A DNA stretch of 43,990 bases from Bacteroidales bacterium (GTDB lineage: Bacteria; Bacteroidota; Bacteroidia; Bacteroidales; JAOZVK01), in NCBI GenBank assembly GCA_029938185.1, contig JAOZVK010000001.1:1-43990 (forward strand), read 5' to 3'. Both the position numbers and the translations under genes were made by a program. Below are positions 20,447 through 30,081 of this stretch, piece by piece (the first letter of the stretch is position 1; every line of letters begins with the position of its first letter). The notes under the pieces were generated by a model. The model saw nothing but the letters and a program-made list of their open reading frames with translations. It was not told the origin of the DNA and made no database searches.

Positions 20447-20552
20447 GGTCTTCGACCTATTTTAATTGTGGCTTATGAATTTTTGTAAACTATTTGTCAT
20501 ATAACTAATTGTATGACAATAAATACTTTTTTTTTGTAAAACTACTTATAAT
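20447..20552 (+). repeat. GGTCTTCGACC-family element in the nusA-infB spacer
   Basis: GGTCTTCGACCTATTTTAATTGTGGCTTATG..TTGTCATATAACTAATTGTATGACAA..TTTTGTAAAACTACTTATAAT. The central hairpin has a different sequence but the same position as in other copies. Confidence 0.8.
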
Positions 20553-20682
20553 ATTTTGTTATTAGATTACTATATTATCATCTTTTTGAATTGTAAAATA
20601 ATGTTATATAAAATATTAAGCCGATTTTATTTTTTAAAACTATTTTTTAAAAATTTCTACAAATTAATAACTAAATTATCTT

Positions 20683-21918
20683 TTATTCAAATTCTAACTT
20701 AAATATATTTAATATTTCATTAATTGTTTCTACTTCAAGGTCTGTTCTTTTTTCTAATTCTTCAGCTGATAAACTTAAAACACTTTTTGCAGTATCACAA
20801 CCAATATTTTTTAGTTCGTTAAGTACCCATTCATCAATTTCGTCCGAAAATTCATCAATATCAATGTCTTCTTCGTCTTCATCAACATCTCTATAAACAT
20901 CTATTTCGTATCCAGTTAGAAGCCCTGCAAGTTTAATATTTAATCCTCCTTTACCAATTGCCTTTGAGACTTGTTCTGGTTTTAAATACACTTCGGCTCT
21001 GCTGTCTTCTTCTAATATTTTTATTTGATTTATTTTTGCAGGATTTAGTGCTCTTGTAATGTATAATTCTGTATTATTAGTGAAATTTATTACATCAATA
21101 TTTTCATTTCTCAGCTCTCTTACTATTCCATGAATTCTTGATCCTTTCACACCAACGCATGCTCCAACAGGATCAACCCTGTCATCGTATGATTCTACAG
21201 CAACTTTTGCTCTTTCTCCTGCCACTCTAACAATTTTTTTGATAATAATAAGTCCATCATATATTTCAGGTACTTCGAGTTCAAATAATCTTTCGAGAAA
21301 TAGGGGCGAAATTCTTGATAGAATTATATAGGGGTTATTATTTCTAATATCTACTCTTACTACAACAGCTCTTATTGAATCTCCTTTTCTAAAATAATCA
21401 GTCGGTATTTGTTCTTGTTTTGGTAATACTAATTCGTTTCCTTCATCGTCAAGAATAAGAAGTTCTTTTTTCCAGATTTGATATACTTCACCTGCAACTA
21501 TATTGCCTACTTTGCCTTTATATTTAGAGTAAATATTATCTTTTTCAAGTTCTAATATTTGAGCTGTTAGATTTTGTCTTAATGATAATATTGCTCTTCT
21601 TCCAAAGTCTTTTAATTTTACTTCATCAGTTACTTCTTCTCCAACTTCGTAGTCTTCATCTATTTTTCTTGCTTCTGATAAACTAATTTCCAAATATGAT
21701 TCTTTTACACTACCGTCTTTAACAACAGTTCTATTTCTCCAAATCTCAAAATCACCTTTATCTATATTAATTATTATATCAAAGTGTTCTATTGTATTGT
21801 ATTTTTTTAACAATAAATTTTTGAATGCATCTTCTAAAACAAGCATCATTGTTGCTCTGTCAATGTTTTTATGTTCTTTAAATTCAGAAAAAGTATCTAT
21901 AAGATTTAAATTATTCAT
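20683..21918 (-). CDS. nusA: transcription termination/antitermination factor NusA
   Basis: S1 and KH domain pattern (GACVGVKGSRIHGIVRELRNENIDV, AIGKGGLNIKLA), upstream of infB. Confidence 0.95.
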   Translation of the reverse strand: MNNLNLIDTFSEFKEHKNIDRATMMLVLEDAFKNLLLKKYNTIEHFDIIINIDKGDFEIWRNRTVVKDGSVKESYLEISLSEARKIDEDYEVGEEVTDEVKLKDFGRRAILSLRQNLTAQILELEKDNIYSKYKGKVGNIVAGEVYQIWKKELLILDDEGNELVLPKQEQIPTDYFRKGDSIRAVVVRVDIRNNNPYIILSRISPLFLERLFELEVPEIYDGLIIIKKIVRVAGERAKVAVESYDDRVDPVGACVGVKGSRIHGIVRELRNENIDVINFTNNTELYITRALNPAKINQIKILEEDSRAEVYLKPEQVSKAIGKGGLNIKLAGLLTGYEIDVYRDVDEDEEDIDIDEFSDEIDEWVLNELKNIGCDTAKSVLSLSAEELEKRTDLEVETINEILNIFKLEFE

Positions 21919-21973
21919 TGTTAAGTTTTATTTTAAACTTTGTACAAAGTTTATTGTTAATAAACTATTTTAA

Positions 21974-22000
21974 GGTTTTTGACCTATTTAATGTTGTTTA
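21974..22000 (+). repeat. GGTCTTCGACC-family element (degenerate head) in the rimP-nusA spacer
   Basis: GGTTTTTGACCTATTTAATGTTGTTTA. Confidence 0.5.
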
Positions 22001-22031
22001 TATTCTATGCAAAATAAAAAAACAAAAAAAT

Positions 22032-22511
22032 TTATTTTTGTTTTTTTCCAAAAAAATTCATTGAATTTGTTATTGATTTCACTTCGTCAATATTAAATTC
22101 AAATATTTCTTTTATAATTACTGATTTTTTACCTTTTTGCTTCTCTTTTTTTTCAATTTCAACTTTAATTTGGTTATTATTTATATCAAGTAGTTTTCCA
22201 GTTTGTTTTTTTCCATTAATATCTGTAATATCTATTTCTTTGTTGATATTTTTTTGATATTGTTGATGCACTTTAAAAGGCGTTCCTAAACCTGCCGACG
22301 ATACTTCTAGTGAAAAGTCTTCAACATCTCTATCAAGTGTATTTTCTATATGTCTACTTACATTTATACAATCTCTTATTGTAATTCCATCGTAACCATC
22401 TAATTTAACAAATATTTTATTTGTAGGTTTAATAGATACATCTACAATAAAAAAACTTGATTCTTTTATTTTTTCAGTAACTAATTCTTCTATATATTTT
22501 TTATTAATCAT
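22032..22511 (-). CDS. rimP: ribosome maturation factor RimP (start placed at MINKKYIEELV..)
   Basis: Position upstream of nusA. RimP-like pattern: ..FIVDVSIKPTNKIFVKLDGYDGITIRDCINVSRHIE..LEVSSAGLGTPF. Confidence 0.85.
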   Translation of the reverse strand: MINKKYIEELVTEKIKESSFFIVDVSIKPTNKIFVKLDGYDGITIRDCINVSRHIENTLDRDVEDFSLEVSSAGLGTPFKVHQQYQKNINKEIDITDINGKKQTGKLLDINNNQIKVEIEKKEKQKGKKSVIIKEIFEFNIDEVKSITNSMNFFGKKQK

Positions 22512-22903
22512 TCTAAATAAAATCAATAAAATAGGGGACTCCCTGTCCCCTTTTTTCATAATAAATCCTTCTCTACTTATTAAGCCGCAAATTTATAAAT
22601 AATATTTTATTATTCAAAATTACATGATAGATTTACTTTTGTTAATAAAAAAATATTATAAAATATCAATATTTTAATATTCTATTTATACTAAATTATT
22701 ATAAGTATTGCATTGCTAATTATACAATATTTTAGTATTTGCTATTATCATAATAAATTTTATATTTTATATATTATTATTACTATCAGTGTTATAACTC
22801 AAAATATGCATATTAAAATTAATAATTTATATATATTTATATGCATTTTTATATAAAATTATCGTTACGTATAAAAAGTTTTATTTTATTATTATTTATG
22901 ATG

Positions 22904-22911
22904 TATATTTG
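22904..22911 (+). promoter_or_regulatory. possible Bacteroidota-type -7 promoter box for pyrC
   Basis: TATATTTG matches TAnnTTTG about 27 nt before the ATG at 22938. No clear -33 TTTG was seen. Confidence 0.3.
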
Positions 22912-22937
22912 AGAAATTTTAAATTATAATTTGATTT

Positions 22938-24296
22938 ATGTTAAATAAAAAATTGTTAATACAAAATGCTTTAGTTGTAAATGAAGGCAAATCATTTAAA
23001 GGCTCTGTTCTTATAGAAAATGATATTATTATTGATATTTTTGATTCGGATGAAAAAAATTTTTATAGTATAGATAATATTGATATAATAGATGGTAGTA
23101 ATAAAGTATTAATTCCAGGAATTATAGATGACCAGGTACATTTTAGAGAGCCCGGTTTAAGCTACAAGGCTGATATATACACAGAATCGAAAGCTGCTAT
23201 TGCTGGTGGGATTACTTCGTATATGGAAATGCCTAATACTAACCCCCAAACGACAAGTCAAACTGAACTTGAAAAAAAATATAAACTTGCTTCTGAAAAA
23301 TCGCTTGCAAACTATTCTTTTTATTTAGGTGCTACAAATACCAATATTGATGAGTTGCTCAAAACAAACCTTAACAATGTGTGTGGTATTAAAGTTTTTA
23401 TGGGTTCGTCTACAGGAAATATGTTGGTTGATGATATAAATACTTTAACTGATATTTTTTCAAAATCAAAAGCTCTTATTGCAGTACATTGCGAAGATGA
23501 GTCAATTATTAAAAGTAATACCATTAAATATAAACAGATATATGGTGAAGATGTTCCTATAGAAATGCATCCTAAAATAAGGAGTGAAGAGGCTTGTTAC
23601 AGTTCATCAAAATTTGCCGTTGAATTAGCTAAAAAGTATAATACAAGACTTCATATTTTACATTTGAGTACATCGAAAGAGTTAGAACTTTTTAGTAATA
23701 AATTACCTGTTGAAGAAAAACGTATTACTGCTGAGGTTTGTGTGCATCATTTGTGGTTTGACGAAAATGATTATAAGAAACACAAAACTAAAATAAAATG
23801 GAATCCTGCTGTAAAAAGCTCAAATGATAGAAAAAAATTGTTCGAAGCATTAAAAAATAATACTCTTGATGTAATTGCAACCGATCATGCTCCGCATACT
23901 GAAGATGAAAAAAATAATACATATTTTAAAGCTCCATCAGGAGGACCTCTTGTTCAGCATTCGCTTGTGGCTATGCTTGAGTTTTATCATAAAGGAGAAA
24001 TATCGCTTGAACAAATTGTTGAAAAAATGTCTCATGCACCTGCCAAAATGTTTAGTATAAAGAATAGAGGATTTATACGAAAGAACTATAAAGCTGACTT
24101 GGTTTTACTTGATTTAGATTCTAAATGGGAAGTAAATAAGAAAAATATTTTATACAAATGCAATTGGTCTCCTTTTGAAGCTTATTTGTTTAAATCTAAA
24201 GTTTTATACACAATAGTTAATGGTAATATTGTGTATAATAAAGGTGTGTTTTTTGAACAAAATAAAGGAGAAAGATTAATATTTGATAGAGATTAA
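22938..24296 (+). CDS. pyrC: dihydroorotase (class I amidohydrolase type)
   Basis: IPGIIDDQVHFREPG metal-binding motif, VIATDHAPH, and overall amidohydrolase layout. Confidence 0.85.
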   Translation: MLNKKLLIQNALVVNEGKSFKGSVLIENDIIIDIFDSDEKNFYSIDNIDIIDGSNKVLIPGIIDDQVHFREPGLSYKADIYTESKAAIAGGITSYMEMPNTNPQTTSQTELEKKYKLASEKSLANYSFYLGATNTNIDELLKTNLNNVCGIKVFMGSSTGNMLVDDINTLTDIFSKSKALIAVHCEDESIIKSNTIKYKQIYGEDVPIEMHPKIRSEEACYSSSKFAVELAKKYNTRLHILHLSTSKELELFSNKLPVEEKRITAEVCVHHLWFDENDYKKHKTKIKWNPAVKSSNDRKKLFEALKNNTLDVIATDHAPHTEDEKNNTYFKAPSGGPLVQHSLVAMLEFYHKGEISLEQIVEKMSHAPAKMFSIKNRGFIRKNYKADLVLLDLDSKWEVNKKNILYKCNWSPFEAYLFKSKVLYTIVNGNIVYNKGVFFEQNKGERLIFDRD

Positions 24297-24353
24297 TTTT
24301 ATGGAGTTAAAAGTTAAAAACTAAAAGATAGTAACAATTCAAAAACTAAGAAA

Positions 24354-27300
24354 ATGACAAAAAAAGAAATAAAATCCCTTTGGAAAACGGAACATAAAGA
24401 ATATTCTAAACATGAAATAGGTTCGGGAGTTCAAAATTTTGTGAACGAAATATTAATGTCAAATGATTTTTTTAATCTAAAAAAAGGGAAATTATCAGAT
24501 AAGGAAAGTGAACGAAAAAATGAATTTTTGCTGGAAAAAACAAAAAAACAAAAAAGAGCTGATATAATTATTTATGTTGATAATGAAATTATTATTCCGG
24601 TTGAAGTTGAAAAATATAAAAATATAAATGCCGGTCGTCAACAAATTTTCAACTATCAAAAAGCATGGAATAAAAAATACGGAATACTTACAGATGGCTA
24701 CACATGGATTTTTTATAACAATAAAATAGAAATAAAAACATTTACTCTTGATTTTATCATTGAAAAAACTGAATTGTTTTTGCAATTTTGGGAAGAATAT
24801 ACTCAAACAGAAAATTATTACCTTCAATTTTTTGAACGAGTATTAGAAACCAAAGAACAAGAGCAGATTTTAGATATTGACCAAAACAGAAAAGATTTTT
24901 TTGATGATATTACAAAATTAATAGTAAGCTTTGCAAAAAAGTTAAACCTAAAAGGTTATTTTAACGAATTACCGGAAATAGAAAAAGAAAAAAAATCAAT
25001 CGAAATAACTTATGCTTATTTTATTCAATTTATACTTTATAAAACTCTCGCTGATAATGATTTTGATAACTTTGGCAATGATTTTAAAGAACGTTTAGAT
25101 AGAATTACAAATAATCTGAAAAATAAAACTTATGGAGATATACTTTCTGTAATAAAATCAATAAGCATAATAATTTCCAAAAATATTTATAAACCATTTG
25201 TCAAAGAACAAGAAATAATAAACAATACACTTGAAGAACTTTTAATAAAATCTCAAAATGACATAAAAGATATTTCTGTGTGGTTAGATATTTTTGTGTT
25301 CATAAAAAGATATAATTTTGCAAATGTCCAAAATGAAATTTTTGGATATATATATGAAAATTATTTAAAACAACTGTATGAAAATCAGAATAAAGGACAG
25401 TATTTTACTCCACCAGAAGTGGTCGATTTTATGTTGGAAGAAGTCGGTTATTCAAAAGAAAAACTTAAACATAAAAAAAATGATGAAATATCAATAATTG
25501 ACCCATCATGTGGCAGTGGAACATTTCTTTACAGTGCCGTAAGAAATGTTATAAATAGTAAAGAAAATAATAAAAATCTTGCAGATTTAATATCTGACAA
25601 TATTTTCGGACTTGATATAGAAGAGTTTCCGTTATACCTTGCAGAAATGAGTATAATAATGCGAATGTTACCACTGATAATTAACCAAAAATATAATAAT
25701 CCGATTGACAAAAAAATTAAAATATTTAAAACGAAAGACAGTATTTCTGAATTTCAAAATGTAGCACTCAAAAATACATTAACAGATATAAAACAAGAAT
25801 ACGAGAGGAATAAACAACAACTAAGTTTATTTACAAATGAATTAAATCTTGGTTATACAAGTTATATCAGAGACGAAGACGATTTACAAGGCATGAAAAA
25901 AAGTTTGGAAAATCAAGCAGTGCCGAAGATAGACAGAACACGTTTTGATTTTGTAGTAGGAAATCCGCCGTATATCGGTTATAATCAATGTGCAAGACAA
26001 GATATTCAATTTTTCGTTTGGTTACGTGAAAAAAAAGTAAAATTAAATAATGTTTACGGCGTAAATTTACACAGTGTTCCAAACCGTCCAAAGCGTTATC
26101 GTCCAAATCCAAATTTATATGCCTTTTTTACTGCACTCGGAATTGCTTTGCTAAAAGATAAAGGACAATTTGCTTATATTATTCCTCAAACAATACTTTT
26201 TGCCGGCGATTTAGATACCTTACGTTATCATCTTGCAAAATTTCTAACAATTCGTAAAATAATTATTTCTACAAGTAATATGTTTATTGACAGGGGAGTA
26301 AAACAAAATAAAGCTGTCGCAACTTCAAGTTTAATGCTGTTCGTAGAAAAAATACCACCTGCAAAATTACATGAAGTTGAAATAATTTATTACAAACCCA
26401 CTAACAATGACGTAAAAACAGTTATAGAAAATCTAAAAAATAATAAGCATACGGTTAAAAATAAGATACTTCAAAATAAACTTTTAAAAAATACAACAAA
26501 CTGGAATTTTATAATTCACCCGACAAATGAAATTGAATTTTTAATGAATTATAAAAGAAAATTTGAAGACCTATCTATTTATTACTTACATGAATTAGCG
26601 AAAATTCAATTTAATTCAATTTTTTATTTCGACAGCGGATACGGAATTGATGAACAACAAAAATTACAAAAAAAACCGAATACTGAATATTATTTTTTCC
26701 CAAAACTTCCAATAAAAAATTATACAATAACAGAAAATCGTGGTTTCTGGAAAAATGAACGAAAAAATAAAGAAGATATACAATTTATAAAACTACGACA
26801 AGCAAATCAAAAGTATAATTTATTAGACAGCACTTATAAAATACTTTGGTCATACAGCAATCCTAAACGATTTTATTTTACTGATAAAAAAGTAATTTGG
26901 CCTCGAAATCAAATAAATGCAATAGGTTCTGAAAACTTAAACGAGATTTACTTTTTATTTGCAATTTTAAATTCGCCCGTAACTGATTTTGTTTTAAAGC
27001 GACTACTAAAATCCGAGCATGAAAAGAATTTGCAAATTTCAACAAGCTCTGTAAAAGAATTTATAAAATTACCCAAAATAACTGATTTTAATAAGAACAT
27101 AAAAGAAAAAATAATCAAACTTACCGAAGAATTTATTAAAACAGAAAGTTTTAAACTTACTGATTTTATAAATTTAGATAATTTTCTCATACAAAAATTT
27201 GATAATGTATTTATAAGAGACAAAGAATTGATAATAACAAAGAATGAAAAAGAATATAATTTTTTAATGCAAGATAAATTTGATATAATTTCAAAACAAA

Positions 27301-27476
27301 TAGAAGAAATAAAAACACTTTCAGATTTAAAAAATTTACAAATAATTGATTATCTGCAACAAGCAAAAATTAAAGAAAATATTGATAATCTAATATTTGC
27401 ACTTTATTTTAATATAAAAGACGATGAAAATTTAATCGAAAATAAAAAGAAGCACAAACTTTACAAACTCCTTTAA
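24354..27476 (+). CDS. fused type IIG restriction endonuclease / N6-adenine DNA methyltransferase with C-terminal specificity region
   Basis: SAM motif I IIDPSCGSGTFL. Catalytic motif IV VVGNPPYIG. The N-terminal ~150 aa hold a candidate PD-(D/E)xK nuclease signature (RADIIIYVDNEIIIPVEVEKYK). The single polypeptide is 1040 aa. Confidence 0.8.
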   Translation: MTKKEIKSLWKTEHKEYSKHEIGSGVQNFVNEILMSNDFFNLKKGKLSDKESERKNEFLLEKTKKQKRADIIIYVDNEIIIPVEVEKYKNINAGRQQIFNYQKAWNKKYGILTDGYTWIFYNNKIEIKTFTLDFIIEKTELFLQFWEEYTQTENYYLQFFERVLETKEQEQILDIDQNRKDFFDDITKLIVSFAKKLNLKGYFNELPEIEKEKKSIEITYAYFIQFILYKTLADNDFDNFGNDFKERLDRITNNLKNKTYGDILSVIKSISIIISKNIYKPFVKEQEIINNTLEELLIKSQNDIKDISVWLDIFVFIKRYNFANVQNEIFGYIYENYLKQLYENQNKGQYFTPPEVVDFMLEEVGYSKEKLKHKKNDEISIIDPSCGSGTFLYSAVRNVINSKENNKNLADLISDNIFGLDIEEFPLYLAEMSIIMRMLPLIINQKYNNPIDKKIKIFKTKDSISEFQNVALKNTLTDIKQEYERNKQQLSLFTNELNLGYTSYIRDEDDLQGMKKSLENQAVPKIDRTRFDFVVGNPPYIGYNQCARQDIQFFVWLREKKVKLNNVYGVNLHSVPNRPKRYRPNPNLYAFFTALGIALLKDKGQFAYIIPQTILFAGDLDTLRYHLAKFLTIRKIIISTSNMFIDRGVKQNKAVATSSLMLFVEKIPPAKLHEVEIIYYKPTNNDVKTVIENLKNNKHTVKNKILQNKLLKNTTNWNFIIHPTNEIEFLMNYKRKFEDLSIYYLHELAKIQFNSIFYFDSGYGIDEQQKLQKKPNTEYYFFPKLPIKNYTITENRGFWKNERKNKEDIQFIKLRQANQKYNLLDSTYKILWSYSNPKRFYFTDKKVIWPRNQINAIGSENLNEIYFLFAILNSPVTDFVLKRLLKSEHEKNLQISTSSVKEFIKLPKITDFNKNIKEKIIKLTEEFIKTESFKLTDFINLDNFLIQKFDNVFIRDKELIITKNEKEYNFLMQDKFDIISKQIEEIKTLSDLKNLQIIDYLQQAKIKENIDNLIFALYFNIKDDENLIENKKKHKLYKLL

Positions 27477-27534
27477 ATGAAGATAAAGTTGCTATCATTG
27501 GCTAAATGCTATTGGTAGCCATATTTGTTAAAAA

Positions 27535-27647
27535 CTAAAATTCTGGCATTTGTTTTTGCACAATTAACTGTATGGTAGCGATTTGCAAAAATATATATAA
27601 GCCACATTAAATATCAAGCGAAAACAACATTAAACAGGTCGAAGACC
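27535..27647 (-). repeat. GGTCTTCGACC-family element with partly duplicated head
   Basis: ..GCATTTGTTTTTGCACAATTAACTGTATGGTAGCGATT..TATAAGCCACATTAAATATCAAGCGAAAACAACATTAAACAGGTCGAAGACC. Confidence 0.7.
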
Positions 27648-27663
27648 TTTAAATACATAAACT

Positions 27664-29484
27664 GTGAAAAAATTTATACTCTTATTAGTAATATCTGTAA
27701 TTTCAATTGTTATTACAAGTGCACAAAATTATACATCAGATAGTCAGCTTGCACAAAACTATTTTAAAGCAAAACAATATGATAAGGCATCAGTATTGTA
27801 CGAAAAATTATACAAAAAAACTAGTTCAAAATTTTATTTTAAATATTTGCTCGAAAGTTTAATTGAGCTTAACGAGTTTTCTAATGCTGAAAAAATGATA
27901 AAAAAGAAGCTTAGAGGAAGAAATATTGATATAACATATTATGTTGATTTGGGTTATTTATATAAAAAGCAAAATAAGCCTGAAAAGGCTACATCTCAAT
28001 TTGAGAAAGCATTAAAAAAATTCCCAAATGATCAATATAAAATAAGAAGATTGGCAAATGCATTTATTTCTAAAAAGGAATATGATTATGCCGAAAAGGT
28101 TTATTTAAAAGCCCAAGAAAATACAAGCTATACTTTTCTTTTTGATTTGGCTAATTTATATACACTTCAACGAAAATATCAGCAAATGATTGATATTTAT
28201 CTTGATTTATTAAATAAAAATGAAAAAAATCTTAAAACAGTTCAAAATAGACTAAGATATTGGATTAATAATGATTTTGATGATAGTTTTAAATCAATAC
28301 TTAGAAAAAGTCTATTAAGGCGTATACAAAAATTATTGAAAAATGATATTTTTGAAAAAATGCTGATTTGGTTATATATTCAAGAAAAGGATTTCAAAAA
28401 TGCATTTCGTCAAGCAAAAGCTATTGATAAAAGAAATAATGAGTTGGGACATAGAGTGGTAGCAATTGGTAATTTGGCTCGTTCCAATAATGATTTAGAT
28501 GTTTCGTACAAAGCATACAAGTATGTTGCAGATAAAGGTCGAGGGAGTATGTATTATTATGAATCTAAGTCGGGTATGTTGAGTGTTTTGTATAAAAAAG
28601 TTAATTTAAGACAAATAAGAACCGAACAGGAAATATCAAATTTAGAAAAACAATACTTAACAACAATAAACGAACTCGGTCGCTCAACTCAAACTATAAA
28701 CCTGATAAGAGACTTGGCACACCTTCAAGCATTTTATTTAAATAAAGCTTCTGATGCCATAAGTCTACTTAATAGTGCTTTAAGTATTGGGAACTTACCT
28801 TCAAATCTTAAAGGTATTGTAAAAATTGAATTAGGTGATATTTTGTTATTAACTGGTGATATTTATGAAGCTACATTTGCATATGCTCAAGCTGAAAAAG
28901 CAAACAAATCAAATAGTATTGGTTATGAAGCAAGATTCAAAAAAGCAAAATTAGCTTATTTTGATGGTAAGTTCAAATGGTCTTTAGCTCAACTTATAGT
29001 ACTGAAATCTAATACATCTAAACTTATTGCAAATGATGCTTTTCAACTGTCAATGTTTATTAAAAAAAATATAGAACAAGATTCAAATACAACAGCAATG
29101 AAAATATTTGCAAGAGCCGATTTATATAGTAATCAAAATAACGATTCTCTTGCATTGATAACATATGATACAATAATTAATGAGTTTAGTGGACAGGAAA
29201 TTACTGCAAATGTGTATTTTAATAAAGCAAAAATTAAACTAAAAAATGGTGATTTCAATACAGCCGTAAAGTATTTTAAAGAAGTAGTTTCAAAATATTC
29301 GTATGATTTGTTGGCTGATGATGCAATGTATTCATTGGCACAAATATATGATTATAATTTGAAAGATAAGAATAAGGCAAAGCAAGCATACAAAAATATT
29401 ATTTTAAACTATAAGGGGAGTATATTTACAGTTGAGGCTCAAAAAAGATTTAGAATATTAAGGGGTGATAATATTGAGCAATAG
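27664..29484 (+). CDS. secreted tetratricopeptide-repeat protein (GTG start)
   Basis: Signal peptide MKKFILLLVISVISIVITSAQ, followed by repeated A..Y/F..A..L TPR-like 34-mers throughout. Confidence 0.75.
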   Translation: MKKFILLLVISVISIVITSAQNYTSDSQLAQNYFKAKQYDKASVLYEKLYKKTSSKFYFKYLLESLIELNEFSNAEKMIKKKLRGRNIDITYYVDLGYLYKKQNKPEKATSQFEKALKKFPNDQYKIRRLANAFISKKEYDYAEKVYLKAQENTSYTFLFDLANLYTLQRKYQQMIDIYLDLLNKNEKNLKTVQNRLRYWINNDFDDSFKSILRKSLLRRIQKLLKNDIFEKMLIWLYIQEKDFKNAFRQAKAIDKRNNELGHRVVAIGNLARSNNDLDVSYKAYKYVADKGRGSMYYYESKSGMLSVLYKKVNLRQIRTEQEISNLEKQYLTTINELGRSTQTINLIRDLAHLQAFYLNKASDAISLLNSALSIGNLPSNLKGIVKIELGDILLLTGDIYEATFAYAQAEKANKSNSIGYEARFKKAKLAYFDGKFKWSLAQLIVLKSNTSKLIANDAFQLSMFIKKNIEQDSNTTAMKIFARADLYSNQNNDSLALITYDTIINEFSGQEITANVYFNKAKIKLKNGDFNTAVKYFKEVVSKYSYDLLADDAMYSLAQIYDYNLKDKNKAKQAYKNIILNYKGSIFTVEAQKRFRILRGDNIEQ

Positions 29485-29525
29485 TTTAGCTTTTCTATCT
29501 TTTATTTTGTTTACGCATGATATAA

Positions 29526-29638
29526 GGTCTACGACCTATTTAATAACATAATTGCTTGACATATAATCAACTGTATTTCAAAAAACAATCTCATTATAAA
29601 ATTGGTAATAACTTTTGTATGGGTGCTTATAATGAGCT
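29526..29638 (+). repeat. GGTCTTCGACC-family element (diverged)
   Basis: GGTCTACGACCTATTTAATAACATAATTGCTTGACATATAATC...AACTTTTGTATGGGTGCTTATAATG. Confidence 0.65.
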
Positions 29639-29662
29639 GTATTTTAGTAGTATTTAAATAAA

Positions 29663-29955
29663 TTCAGACTTCCTGACATAAGTAGGTAATTGTATAAAAT
29701 CGACACTTTGTAAAGTTGTAACTTATTGTAATTCTGGCGTAAACAAAATTGTTAATTGTCCATTATTCATTGTTAATTACTTAGGAGTATTTTATAATGA
29801 CACGACAATCAACAATTCAAAATATTTAATCATCTGATAATAAATACAAACATCAAATATATGTTCTTAAAAAAGTGTCGGTTTAAAATTCTTCTGTTCT
29901 CAATAATTCATCTTAACGATCAATTGATTAAGCTTGTTGGTCAGGAAGTCTGAAA
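29663..29955. repeat. ~290-bp element with three nested inverted-repeat pairs
   Basis: TTCAGACTTCCTGAC (29663) pairs with GTCAGGAAGTCTGAA (29941). CGACACTTTG (~29701) pairs with AAAGTGTCGG (~29873). AATTGTTAATTGTC pairs with GACAATCAACAATT near the centre. Confidence 0.75.
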
Positions 29956-30081
29956 TTTGAAGCTTGTTTTTATAATTTCATAAATATGAAAATTTTAAAA
30001 TTTAAAAATACCAATAAGTTTATGATAAGAATTAAGTATATTTGTGCGTTCTAAAAAAACAAATTATAAAAAAAATAATTT

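Noticed and set aside
22560-22937. A 378-bp extremely AT-rich spacer as a possible replication origin.
   Set aside because: I saw no cluster of DnaA boxes there. It is more simply the divergent promoter region of rimP-nusA-infB and pyrC.
24495-27223. Minus-strand ORFs inside the type IIG gene (24495-24827, 25529-25711, 25867-26112, 26948-27223).
   Set aside because: They are antisense to a frame carrying clear methyltransferase motifs and have an AT-rich artefact composition.
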